A DNA stretch of 64,000 bases from Eledone cirrhosa (lineage: Eukaryota), in contig OZ024743.1 in the NCBI GenBank assembly GCA_964016885.1, positions 85,808,001 through 85,872,000 of the forward strand, given 5' to 3'. The notes below the pieces were generated by a model that saw only the letters and a list, made by a program, of their open reading frames with translations, did no database searches and was not told the DNA's origin. Each line of letters opens with the position of its first letter. Position 1 is the stretch's first letter. The translations under genes and the position numbers were made by a program. Of the stretch, positions 50,120 to 64,000 are shown in pieces.

Positions 50120-51777
50120 ATCATCATCATCATCAACGTTTAACGTCCGTGTTCCACGCTTGCATGGGTTTGGACGGGGGTAGTCCCACTTGAGGCAAGA
50201 GTGATTGTCTTGCTCGCATAGGACTGTCTGGCAGGTTTTCTACAATTGGATGCCCTTCCTAACACCAACCACATTTACAGTGTGGGTCTGGGAGGTTTTT
50301 ACCGTGTTGCCTACACGGCCACATTACAGCGTGGACTGTGTGTTTTTTTTTTTGTCGTGACACCTACACGATCTCATTTGTTTCGGCCTCGATGGCGCGG
50401 CACCAACATAACTTTACATAGAACGGGGTGGTGTGGATGGGGTGGGGGTGGTGGGACGGGGTGTATTTTGTTAGAGATGCCTACTGGCTGGAGTAGGTTT
50501 TACTATATATTTAGGTAAGGCGGGTCTTCTCTGTTACTGAGTACCGCCAAAGGTCTCGGTCCAGTGACATTGTCTTGGAGAGGTGTAAGTGTGTGATGTC
50601 GGAGTTTATCAGCTCGTCCCAGGTTTTTCTAGGTCTGCCTATTCCGTGACTACCGTCTATCTTTATTGCCCTGCACTTTGTTATACAGCTATCGACTTTC
50701 ATGTGCATCACGTGTCCATACCAACGTAGCCTTCTCTCGAGTAAACAACATCTGATCCCTCTTATCTCTAATTTTTTCCTTAGTTCGTTTATGCTTTGCC
50801 GTTCACGTATATTACTGTTACACATCCAGCGGAGCATGCAAGCTTCGTTCCTCTCTAGTCTGCGTATATCCTCTGCACACAATGCCCAGGTCTCACTGCC
50901 ATGCAGCATTGCTGTTCGTATGCAGGCATCGTACAACCTGCCTTTCATTTTTAGGGAGAACCCTTTAGCAGCTAATAGTGGTATAAGCTCTCTGAACTTT
51001 TTCCAACCAGTTCTGATTCTAGCTACAGTACTTTCAGAGCACCCTCCCCCACTGCTGATTTTATCGCCCAGGTAACGGAAGCTGTCCACTATTTCTATAG
51101 AACCCAATTGCGCAATTGAAAGAGCTAGTATTTTGTGGGCACTTGCTGCTACTTATTGCACCAGAACACCGGCCACATGTAAAATCTATGTTCTTAGTTA
51201 GCTTACCTGTGATCCCACTACATCTTTTATGCACCCATACTTTGCATTTAGGACATAAAATGGAGTTTCTACCTACGCCTTTCCTACACACCGAGCACGA
51301 CCATTTCCCAGAAGGGACCGCCGCCTTGTTTTCTTTCCTACAAACTAGTACTTTGGTCTTAGCCAGGTTAATTTTAAGTCCTTTTGACTCTAGGCCGTGC
51401 TTCCATGTTTGGAATTTCTTCTCTAGCTCGGCCATTGATTCCGCTATGAGTGTCAGGTCGTCTGCGTATAGGAGTTCCCATGGGCAGCCTGTCTTGAACT
51501 CCTCTGTTATAGCCTGAAGGGCAATAATAAATAGTAGGGGGCTGAGAACAGAGCCCTGATGGACGCCAACTTTTACGCTAAACTCTTCACTATATTCGTT
51601 GTTCATTCTAACCTTGCTGACTGTTTCTTTATACATGGCTTGTATAGCCCTCACAAGCCATTCGTCAACACCTAGTTTTCTAAGAGCCCACCAGATAATG
51701 GAGCGGGGGACTCTGTCGAAGGCTTTCTCCAAGTCGACAAAAGCTAAGTAGAGGGGTTTACCTTTAGCTAGGTACTT
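50120..51777 (-). mobile_element. RTE LINE (third family), 5'-truncated, PHD-like Cys insert in RT, (GAT)n tail
   Basis: [70 protein letters not shown]; tail ggacgttaaacgttgatgatgatgat. Confidence 0.93.
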
Positions 51778-52401
51778 ATATATATATATATGTATATATA
51801 TGTATATATATGTATATATATGTATATATATGTATGTATATGTATGTATATATATGTATATATATATATATATATATTTGTATATATATATATGTATATA
51901 TATGTATATATATGTATATATATACATATATATATACATATATATATGCATATATATATACATATATATATGCATATATATATACATATATATATACATA
52001 TATATATACATATATATATACATATATATATATATATACATATATATATACATATATATATATATACATATATATATACATATATATATATATATACATA
52101 TATATATACATATATATATACATACATATATATATACATACATATATATATATACATATATATATATACATATATATATATACATATATATATATACATA
52201 TATATATATACATATATATATATACATATATATATATACATATATATATATACATATATATATATACATATATATATATACATATACATATATATATACA
52301 TATATATATACATATACATATACATATATATATACATATACATATATATATATACATATATATATATACATATATATATATACATACATATATATATATA
52401 C

Positions 52402-52464
<63 letters not shown>

Positions 52465-52801
52465 CATATATATATATACATATATATATACATATATATA
52501 TACATATATATACACATATATATACACATATATATACACATATATATACATATATATATACATATATATATACATATATATATACATATATATATACATA
52601 TATATATACATATATATATACATATATATATACATATATATATATACATATATATATATACATATATATATATACATATATATATATACATATATATATA
52701 TACATATATATATATACATATATATATATACATATATATATATACATATATATATATACATATATATATATACATATATATATATACATATATATATATA
52801 C

Positions 52802-52848
<47 letters not shown>

Positions 52849-53100
52849 CATATATATATATACATATATATATATACATATATATATATACATATATATA
52901 TATATACATATATATATATACATATATATATATACATATATATATATACATATATATATATACATATATATATATACATATATATATATACACATATATA
53001 TATACATATATATATATACATATATATATATACATATATATATACACATATATATATACATATATATATATACATATATATACACATATATATGTACATA
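51778..53100. repeat. (TA)n/(TATG)/(TACA) microsatellite array
   Basis: Read directly. Confidence 0.97.
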
Positions 53101-54170
53101 TGCCTTACACAGCTGCTACATCACTACGACTGGGTACTGAGACAACTACTAGAGAGCTCACATGTAGACGTGATATATCTTGACTTTGCGAAGGCCTTTG
53201 ACAAGGTCGACCACGGAATGATATGTCACAAACTACACGGACTCGGCATAACTGGAAAAGTAGGTGAGTGGCTGCATGGCTTCCTAAGGGACAGAAGCCA
53301 GGCAGTCGCAGCAAATGGGGCCCTCTCGAGGGAAACACCGATAACAAGTGGGGTGCCTCAGGGGACAGTCCTGGGACCACTACTGTTTTTGGTGGCTCTC
53401 TCGGACATGCCCTCTGTGGTGCATGCAACAACATCCCTCACTAGCTATGCTGATGACACTAAGGTAGCACAGGCAATCAAAAACCCGGCTGACGCTGCCC
53501 TCTTACAGCAGGATCTGGATGCCATATACAGATGGGCAGAAGAAAACAACATGCAGTTTAATGCTGGCAAATTCCAAGCCCTACAATACAAACCTGCAAA
53601 CACAAATACAAATATAGCGGAACACAGCTACACAGGACCAGGAGGGACCGATATCCCCGTGTCAAAATCGATACGAGACCTGGGCATAGACATGAGCGAT
53701 GATGCATCTTTTTCTTCACACATCATGAAGGTGGCGACAGCATGTAGACGATTCGCTGGCTGGATCTTGAGGACTTTCCTTACAAGAGATCGAGACACCA
53801 TGTTGACACTGTGGAGGACTTTTGTCCTAAGCCGCCTGGACTACTGCTCCCAGCTGTGGTCACCCCATAGTGTCAAACTAACCACAGAGCTTGAGGCAAT
53901 CCAGCGAAGCTACACCAAGAGGATTGCCAAGATGAGGGAGACAAGCTACTGGGAGAGGCTGAAGGAACTGAACCTCTACTCCTTGGAGCGAAGACGGGAG
54001 AGATACACAGTGATCTACATGTGGAAAATCCTGGAGGGACTAGCACCAAACTTTGGCATTGGGAGCTGGACCAACCGTCGAACAGGACGTCACTGTGTGG
54101 TGCCAAAGGTCCCGTCTTCCACATCTAGAATAAGGAGCAGGTATTGCAATAGCCTGGGATTCAAGGGCCC
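53101..54170 (+). mobile_element. Internal fragment of the same CR1-group LINE, open frame, bounded by (TA)n on both sides
   Basis: Matches 41744-42777 but lacks its small deletions (e.g. [11 protein letters not shown] is intact). Confidence 0.93.
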
Positions 54171-54233
54171 TATATATATATATACATATATATACATATA
54201 TATACATATATATATATACATATATATATATAC

Positions 54234-54316
<83 letters not shown>

Positions 54317-55066
54317 GTTTTAATATAGATGAGATTCTACAGGACTAGAACTGTTTCATTCATTTGAAATCATCAGGAATCTGGGTATCAAAAAATAAAT
54401 ATGGTATTTATAGGTCTCTACAAGTGGTAGGAGAGGGTGAGGAGTGGGATGGGTGCAGGTCATTGGTTGATAGAAAAGGGAATTCATTAAAAGCTAATTC
54501 TACAAAGCTATAGTTTATTTTTATTTTTATTTTTATGTTTTTAGAGTAACAAGGGCAGACAGAATTCTATAAACAGGTTCCGGGTGGCCTACCATTCCTT
54601 GTCAATAAGTTTCTCTTAAGCTAACAGGTGTCTATAAAATCAGTGGGGAAAGAAAAGGGAGATTCTTTAAAAGCTAAAGTCATTAAGGTTCTACTAAGTG
54701 ACAAAGGTCTAGAGAATTCTGCAGACAGATTCAAAATACTGAGTGCATATCTTACTATTATCTTCGAACTTCTCTTAAACTAAACAACTATATGCCAAAA
54801 ATCAACAGACACATTCACAAAAAAACAAAAAAACACATACTCACTCACACACTTACGCGCAACCATAAACACACACACAAACACATATACACACATAAAA
54901 ACACACACACATATATATAAAAATATATAAATATATGTTCATGTACACACACGTACATACAGACATACATACACACATACATATATATACACATACACAC
55001 TGTTATACTCTGCTATGTATTGAGTACCTTACTTACTGTGGTTACCTCCGATTCAACCCGGAATAA
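54317..55066 (-). mobile_element. Non-coding PLE-type element with a hammerhead and an inverted terminal segment
   Basis: Left part matches 25060-25175; 55000-55065 is the inverted family terminus seen at 24985-25048. Confidence 0.65.
54332..54382 (-). ncRNA. Type I hammerhead ribozyme
   Basis: Minus strand agattc-CTGATGA-tttc aaat gaat-GAAA-cag ttctagtc ctg-TA-gaatct. Confidence 0.85.
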
Positions 55067-55067
55067 C

Positions 55068-56070
<1,003 letters not shown>

Positions 56071-56439
56071 TCATCATCGTTTAACGTCCATGATGATGAT
56101 GATGATGATATATATATATATACATATACACAGCAATTGTCATAATAAAATATTTGGAAATCAATTTTTTTTTTTTCTTTTCTTTTTATAGTTGTGCATG
56201 TATACACACATATTCAGGGTGTCCTCCTAAAATGTATACACAGGCTATGCATTCTAATAAATATTGCCTGTACAGGTAATCAAAGTGTTGGGGACACCCT
56301 TTATATATAACGTGTATATGAACTAGCCTGTCCCTCATAATGGTGACATCCAGTTCTAGGCTGCAAAACTATGGTTCCGCTGTGAGATGGGTTCAGCGCA
56401 GCCAACTAGCCTATCTGTCCTTCCTAATAACAATGCCAT

Positions 56440-56610
56440 TCAGTTCCACACTGTAAATGGGGTTTGTGTTAGGAAGGCCATCCAACTGTAAAAAGCCCCA
56501 ACCAAATTTACAGTCCTGTTGGAACAAGGTACGGTGTGGCCAAACTTATCTCTCAACATCAATGGCGCGCTGAACCCATGGAAAAAGGATATTAAACGGT
56601 GATGATGATG
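56440..56610 (+). mobile_element. SINE or RTE 3' UTR fragment sharing the tail of 50120-50300
   Basis: ccacactgtaaatg..gtgttaggaagg.catccaa.tgta and catggaa...ttaaacg.tgatgatgatg. Confidence 0.7.
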
Positions 56611-57007
56611 GTATATATATATATCATGATATGTCAAACATGAATCCTGTGACAACCAGTTTGTGCTAGATTTGTCTGGTAATTTTAGCATGTATCTCTC
56701 ATAACAGTGTTGTCAAGATAGCTGTTCAACAACTATCTATAACTATCTATCTGTCTTCAGACAATAAAATCAACAATATCTACCTAGCTGTCTGTCTATC
56801 TAGCCATAACCACAGATTTTTTTGTTTCTAGATATAGTGGTGCCCCAGCATGACCTCAGCCTGTCGGCTGGAACACCTAATAGAGTAGCATCTTTTTTGA
56901 AAGTAGGATGCTATTTAATCCTTTCCTTGCCATATTTCTCATGAAAGACATTGCCTATGATTTTGAAGTTGGAAAATAATTAAAAATGTAGTAATATAAC
57001 TTTCCCA

Positions 57008-57209
57008 TTAACTCTTTAGCATTTAAAACAGCCGTATCCAGCCAGGATTCTCTCACCTATTCCTGTTCAAACCGGCTGTAACCGACCACTCATACTGATG
57101 TTAAGGTATTGTTCTCAAAATAAGTAATATCAACATTTCATAGATTTGATATTGTGTGAGGTAAAGCCTTTATTATGAATATAGAGTAATGTAAATGCTA
57201 AAGGGTTAA
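57008..57209. mobile_element. piggyBac-like TTAA MITE nested in another TTAA-type element (~56915-57319)
   Basis: ttaactctttagcattta ... taaatgctaaagggttaa; sister copies at 60615-60808 and from 63955. Confidence 0.8.
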
Positions 57210-59029
57210 GTTAGTGTTTAGAACATTAGCTTTTCAAAAGTTTTTATATAAAATTGATGGAAGGCTTTTTTTATTATGAGTGAAAACACTTCAAAACAGT
57301 TACGTATCGAAAGGGTTAAATGTGTACCTAGATAATAGAAGAAAATCAAAAGTGGGCAGTCTGGTGATCAAACCCTTGACATTTGCAGTTTGGTATCAAA
57401 ATAGTTAAGGAAAATTTAGCTACTATTTCTAGCAGGTCAAGCGATCACATAGACTTCCTCCCTTGTTGGTTAATACACAAAGACATTTGTAACATAGGTG
57501 ATTAAATATGGAATGGCTTCAACAAGGGTTTGACATCAGGTTATAAATTTTTCAAGAGTCTGCTGAACATTTTATTTTCTTTTAGAAAAATGAAGTAGAC
57601 CTATGACTGCTGGCCTTCCACAAACAAACCTTGCCCAGGCTTGTGCCTCAGGGGGGAACTTTCTAGGTCCAAAAACATGGTCATGAGTGACCAATGGGGG
57701 CCTAAGAAGACCTATGATGAAAAGATAATTTATCTTTTGAAAAAAATTTAGGACTTCATCCTCTAATGTACATACAGGCAGAGTCGTGAGAATTTGCAGT
57801 ATTCATTCCAGGTCTCTGAGTTCAAATCCCACCATGGTCAACTTTGCATTTTATCCTTTCAGGGTTGATAAAAAAAGGCTATCACTCCATTATTGGTGTT
57901 GATTCTTCCTCTATATCTCTCACATTTTTGTCTCCTGTGGCCAGACGATGGGTTCTGTCAGTTCTAAACTGCCCAATAAATAATGTGTCATTACTGCATT
58001 AGGAGTCATGGTTAGATATATACATCTAATGTACCATTGCCTTACCGAAAGGTCAAGTGTGATTTGAGGGACATTTAGTTACTATATCTAACAGGTTGAT
58101 TTAACATGTAATGGTTAGAAGTGGGATATTTTCCTATTCATATTCTTTACCTGCCAATAATATTAACCCTGTTGTTACCATATTTCTAATGAAAGACACT
58201 TCTTGAATGTTCAAATAAGAATTTGAAAGGATTTAGTAATAATAATATGACTAACTTTCTCATTATTAAGCTGGTGTTTGGAATATAATATTCTTTTTGC
58301 CATATATCTTAATCTCCCTCCCCGTTTTTATCTTTAACCCTTTTGTTACTATATTTCTAATAGAAAACATTGCCTATGATTTTCAAATCAAAGGAACTTG
58401 TAATTTAAAAAAATTTATCATTATTGAGCTGGTGTTTAGAGTTGTGACTGGCAGATAATATTAGCAATGGAAACAGTTTCCTTGGTCTGATTTGAAGTTA
58501 ACAAAGGTCATGTTAGTGTGTCACAACAAAAAGTACCCAGTTCACAATGTAAAGTGGTCATGTTGGTGTCACAACAAAAATCACCCAGTCCACACTGTGC
58601 AATTTGGGTCATGATATGAATCATATGCATGGATCGGTAATTCCTGATACTCTCAGGGACGCCATCATAGCATACAGCCTGTCTTAGGCATTTTTAACTT
58701 AGCAGTTCTGAGCATAATCTATATCTTCCATATTGAGAGACAGAGAAAGATGTAGAAGTATATTGTATATATAGTTTTTAATGACCATAGCAGAATTTGA
58801 ACTCAGTGAGCTAGAATGAATACCACAAAACATAGCCAATGTTCTATCAACTCTGCCAATTTGCTGCCTATCATGGTCTCTATTAATCAGGGCTATATCT
58901 TGTTCTATAGTATTTATCCTGAGGTTTTAGTCATTCAGACTGACTATGAAAAACTTGGTAGAAGGCCATGCTGTAACCATCGCATCTCGAAATCACACCA
59001 CATTACAAACATGAACACAAGGGGACCTT

Positions 59030-59497
59030 AACATACCCTTCATCAAGCATCTACCACACTCTGAACTCGTTGTTTTCCTAGGCATGGATACATTAAAGCT
59101 TTGGCATCTGGCAACTTCTTGGTAAACACCCACACAATTATTAGCCATCTTTCCAACAACCCTGAGCACCTTTTTGAATTCCATGTGTCTAACTACAAAA
59201 TCAGAAATCAGTACAGCCTTTTGGAAACATTTTTTAACACTCAGAGTTGCTGAAGCATGGAATAAACTACTTGCATCAATTGTTAACTGGCGGGACATTG
59301 CATCCTTCAAAACTTCCATGCATCTCGAAATTCGTCAATACTACACCTGATATTCTCCCTCCATACACACGCATGCATGTATATGTGTGTATATCATGAC
59401 TCATATACTGTTGACTTTCTTGACATTTGTACATTATTCTATGTACTATATATGCAACTGAGCACTGTACACAATAATTTTAATTATTATTATTATA
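59030..59497 (+). mobile_element. Old CR1 3' fragment with (TTA)n tail
   Basis: Translates to IPFIKHLPHSE...LGMDTLKL and HFLTLRVAEAWNKL..SIV....IASFK. Confidence 0.65.
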
Positions 59498-60614
59498 GTC
59501 GTTCAACCTCTGTTAGAAATAGTAACCAAATTTTCCTCAAATTTCGGTTTTATATGAGAAATGAAAAATACAAAACATTTAACTGGGCAAAAAACAAAAA
59601 CAAATTTTATTTTATTTTAAGCAATGTGATGTAATGAGGAAACATCCAGCTGTTGTTACTAAGTCCATATTTTTTTTACAGTGATGATGATAAGTTGTGT
59701 TGTAGCAGCTGCAAAATAAATACAGATTGCCAGACCTGAGGGGCCATTAGTTAAACTGTCTCAATGTAAAACCTGCAGACTGCTAAAGCATGCTGTCAAC
59801 TCTTAAAAGCACCTTCATTTTTTTTTATTTTCATTTTATTTATTTTACAATTGTTCCGCCACAAAACGAAAATAAAAATAACATTAATTTTCAGAAAAAG
59901 ATAAATATAATATAATTAAAATAAGATTAAGTTAAATGATAATACACAATCTTTGCTATCATACAAGATCTCTTAATTTCTCTTATATCAGTTTTTCACA
60001 TTGGACTTTTAACTACAGTTAATGGAACCAAAAAGCATATTTTCCAAATTAACAAGGGAGTTGCTCCAGGTAGAGCCACTTCTCCATATTGAAAGATCAT
60101 AGCTCCAGTTCTATGGACATGTAGTTAGAATGTCTAAGGAAAGAATTTACAGGCAAAGCCAACTAGCAGGAGACACAAGGGTAGACCATGAGCGAGATAG
60201 TTGGCTAACTTAACACTACTACAGTCATCACTTGCAATTATGACTTGGTAGTATGTACTATTCTTTCTTTCACTAAGGGATTCAAGTGCCCGTGCAGTCA
60301 CAAGCAGACATAGATACCCTCTCTTTCAACCTTCCATTCCTCTGTTGGCTCAGTGATATGTGACAGCTGGAAGGAGGAAGAGAGCTACACTAACATTGCT
60401 GAGCTGGTACTTTCTTTATCAACCTCAAAAGGATGAAAGGTAAAGTGGATCTTGGCTGGATTTGAACTCGGAATCCAGAGACCCAGATATCTGATGCTCT
60501 ACTGATCGTGTCAAATCAACTGCCTTAACAAAATAACAACCAAGAGTAAATTTACCAGCATGGAGAGAACCAAAAGGCTGGAATACATGAAAGAGAATAG
60601 AGAAATTGGCCTTG

Positions 60615-60808
60615 TTAACCCTTTAACATTTAAACTCGGCCAGAATTCTCTCACTTCTTTCTGTTCAAACCAGCTGTTCATATTTATGTTAAGGTATTAT
60701 TCTCAAAATAAATAATATCGAAATCTCATAGATTTGATATGTGAGGTAAAGCCTTTACTGTGAAAATATAATAGTAAATATAGAATAATGTAAATACTGA
60801 AGGGTTAA
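60615..60808. mobile_element. piggyBac-like TTAA MITE
   Basis: ttaaccctttaacattta ... taaatactgaagggttaa; body matches 57008-57209. Confidence 0.8.
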
Positions 60809-61179
60809 GAGAAGCCGGAGTTTTATAATTAGCAGATAAAAAACCAAAGATGAAGAAAAAAAGAATAGGTTTGGAGTTGGTTTATTAACAAATCAAGTTT
60901 TCATTTAACCCTTTTGATACCAAACCACAAGAAGCAACTCTTTGTTCTAAAATATAAGACTGTTTTAAAAGTGTTTAAAAACTTTCTGCAAGAACATTGA
61001 AAAGTTAAAAACCTTTTTGATACCAACCTGCCTGAAACAGCCTCTGCTTCTATGAAACAAAACTATCCATTTTAAAGGGTTCCTATTTAAATTAAAATCT
61101 TCCAACATAAAATTCATATAAGAACCTTTTGTTAAGGTATGATACAAATAATAGATTTAAAATGGCAGCATAATAATGG

Positions 61180-61376
61180 CTTCTGATTCAGGTACAAGAC
61201 CAGCAATTTTGGGGGGAAGGGAAAGTTGATTGAATCGACTCCAGTTCATTACTGACTTTATTTTATCGACCCTGTAAAGATGAAAGGAAAAGCTAATCTT
61301 GGCAGGATTTGAACTCAGGACATAAAGGGACATAACTATATGCCATAAAGTGTGATGCTCTACCGATACTGGCACC
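61180..61376 (-). mobile_element. Diverged tRNA-derived SINE (other relics at ~57775-57875 + and ~60403-60525 -)
   Basis: tttattttatcgaccc..gatgaaagg..ggatttgaactcag..ctctaccgatactg. Confidence 0.75.
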
Positions 61377-62006
61377 AAATAATTATTAAGGAGTATTAAA
61401 CATCTTTAATGTTACATTCCAACATCTTTGTTATAATTATTTTTAACAATTAATGACTCATCTGCCTTGCTGTAGACTTTTACCCAATGCTCCAATCAAA
61501 CTACAACTCCGTTACAAATACCATCTGAATCCTTTAGTTACCCAACCAAACCTGGTTCTGGTTTTATGAAATAAAGTCACCTATTTTAAAATTTTCTAAT
61601 TTAAATTAAAATCTTTCAACAATTTTATATAAGAACTTTACATTAAGTTACTACCTTAGTAATGATATAATTAATAATTTTAGTAAATTCCTCAAAATTC
61701 TTCATTAATGAAATAAAATAGTGTATTTCATTAGAAATGCTGCCATGAAAGGTTCAATATTGAAATAGTTAATAATTTCAGCTAATCCCCCCCCCCCCCC
61801 CCAAAAAAAAAATTCTTCATTAATTAATTCCAATACAGTGTATTTCTTTATAAATATGGTAATTAAAAGGTTAAAGAAAATGAAATTGTTTCTAGTTAGA
61901 TTCAATATATTTCATTGCCCAGCCACTAAAAAGAAAAAAAACCCTCAGGAGATGGTAATTGGGTCAAATTGGTAGCTACAAGATTAGGGAAGATGTACTA
62001 TCTTGT

Positions 62007-62923
62007 TTAACTCTATAAAACCTGAGGTTTTAGCCCCACTGTAACCATGGGAAGTGGAGGCTCTAGGAGACCCCCTCCTACTTCATTCTTGATCCAGTAG
62101 TGCTATGACAATGAAACTTGATACAAATATAGATAGGTAAACATTTTGGTATTGCAAAAATGTTGCTGACGACATCATTTTTCTGATGTCATTAGTTATA
62201 CCCAGATCAGTTAAAATTTGGTACTTTTATAGTGTTCCAAAATTAGGGTTACCTTCTCTTTGTCATGTTTGCTATTAAATAAAACAACTACAATGTTAAA
62301 GATGTTGTAAAATGGATAAAAAGAATGTCATGGTAACCTCGTCATCGCCATGGAAACGACACGGAAACCATAGCATCCCTTGCCATGCTACTCTTAACAT
62401 ATATTAGATTGGTAATGTTGTTTTGGGCAGCGGATTGGCAGTATTGGTAGAGGGTCGGATACCATGTTTTGTAGCAAAGCGTTACGGCACTTTACGTTCT
62501 GAGTTCAAATCCCGCCGAGGTTAGCTTTGCCTTTCATCCTTACGGGGTCGATAAAATAAAGTACCAGTAATGCACTGGGGTAATTGTTGGCCTTGTGCCA
62601 AAAGTAGAAATAATTATTGTTTTGGTTACAAAGATTGTATAATCAACTTTTGTAACAAGAAAAATCAAAGAAATCATCACTTTATACTCCCTCTTCAAAT
62701 CAATTATGGTTTTGTAAAGGGAACAGCTCTAGGGTCACAGATGAATGGGAAGGGGATGAGTGATGGGCTCTAGTCCTAGGGCGTGACAATATTGTGAGCA
62801 TTCAGCAGGATACATTTTAGGAAAGTCACCAAATTTCAGCGGAAAATCAGCTTCTTTTCAAAAGTTATGCAAAAAACAAACACGAGGAAGTGTTCTGAGA
62901 CCCCCTTGACATAATAGGGTTAA
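62007..62923. mobile_element. Non-autonomous TTAA-type DNA transposon containing a SINE
   Basis: Ends ttaactctat / atagggttaa; subterminal atgaaacttg / caaatttca. Confidence 0.55.
62424..62615 (+). mobile_element. Full-length tRNA-derived SINE (3' fragments also at 63745-63890, minus strand)
   Basis: gggcagcggattggcagtattggtagag...gagttcaaatcccgccgagg...ccttgtgccaaaagtagaaa. Confidence 0.9.
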
Positions 62924-63344
62924 ACCTTTTGATACCAAATTGCATCTGGTTTTATAGTACGAATCTGTTTATTTTAAAGTGTTTATATATTTCTAAAAAC
63001 CTTCCATCATAATTTTATGCAAGAACCATTGTTAAGTTATGTTCCAAACAGCAGCTTAATAATGAGAAAGTTATATTAAATCCCTCAATTTTTGATTATT
63101 TAAATTTTATTTTTTTCCTTAACATATATTTATTTAATTAACATTTGTATAAATAACATTACAAATGGGGAAGGGATAAAGAAGGGTAGACTTGGCTGTG
63201 TGGGAAAGTAGAGGAAAGGACTATAAAAGCCATAAATGAGAGGAAAAGAAGGGGAAAGCAAGGATTCTAGGGCCACAGAAGAAAAGGAGGGGGAAGGGGA
63301 GAGGATGATGGGTTCTGAGCCTAGGGTGCAGCGGTGTTGGGGCT

Positions 63345-63625
63345 GTGCCCTTTAGACAAAACTGCAAAAGCATTTCCACGGATAATGGCCAGGATCACCT
63401 ACTGCAACAGCCACCCCACTTCATGGGGCTCCTTCCTCAGACAGGCTGCTGACGTTCTGATTTTACAGAGGAGCTCGGCAGTACTGGGTCCGAGGACACC
63501 TGAAGTCTTGACGGTGACTGGTGCCAAGAGGAAGCAGCCGGACAAGCCCCAGTATTTGTTTGTCTTCCTCTCCATTGTGGACTGCAGTACCGGGGTTTGT
63601 TGCTGAAGCGACTAAGTTGGAGGCA
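63345..63625 (-). pseudogene. C-terminal restriction-like endonuclease remnant of a CRE-type non-LTR retrotransposon
   Basis: Minus-strand translation KYWGL..FLLAPVTVKTSGVLGPSTAELLCKI.......EPHEVGWLLQ*VILAIIRGNAFAVL resembles the P.A.ET.G..G...Q.ISLAIQRGNA terminus. Confidence 0.7.
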
Positions 63626-64000
63626 GAGAAGGAAAATCTTTAGCAGTGACTTTCATTAAAAATACGGTAATGTAAGCATTAAAGCATTGTTATATCATGT
63701 TATATTGTAAAAGAGTTTTTAAGTTTTGTCCCAAATATCAGATAAATAATTGTTTCTACTTTTGGCACAGGGCCAGCAATTACCCAGTGCATTACTGGTA
63801 CTTTATTTTATCGACCCCGTAAGGATGAAAGGCAAAGTTAACCTATCAGATAAATAATTGTTTCTACTTTTGACACAAGGCCAGCAATTACAAGGTAATG
63901 AAAGGGTTAAATTTTAAAAGAGGTATTTGTTGAGCTGCAAGCATAAAGCACAACTTAACCCTTTAGCATTTACATTACTCTATATTTACTATTGTATTTT

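Noticed and set aside
51061-54348. Apparent 674-aa and 852-aa RT proteins with IY-rich N-termini
   Set aside because: Truncated LINE frames read through the adjacent microsatellite; not real fusion genes.

Overview
This is AT-rich eukaryotic DNA made almost entirely of transposon remnants and long (TA)n-based arrays. The SINE, RTE and microsatellite make-up suggests an octopod cephalopod (inference from pattern recognition, not a search). I found no host protein-coding exon; all I/Y/H/C-rich ORFs are translated microsatellites, and a 200-N scaffold gap lies at 36867-37066. Contents: four RTE LINE copies plus non-autonomous bipartite RTE derivatives; CR1-group LINE pieces; a CRE-like fragment; a Helitron helicase remnant; tRNA-derived SINEs; TTAA-type MITEs; and several distinct Penelope-like element (PLE) families. 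About a dozen type I hammerhead ribozyme motifs of at least six sequence families, including a compensated U3:A8 core variant, sit in PLE termini or PLE-like non-coding elements. The best candidate for an undescribed system is 28644-29510: a non-coding, hairpin-rich 467-bp monomer with an intact extended hammerhead, present as 1.2 tandem units plus an inverted copy and inserted in a (TA)n array with PLE-type geometry. It looks like a retrozyme (putative circular RNA) mobilised by PLEs. Recurrent (TA)n-centred fold-backs and a three-template chimera point to snap-back and template-switch synthesis. All alignments and folds were done by eye, so coordinates may be off by a few bases and clade names are tentative.
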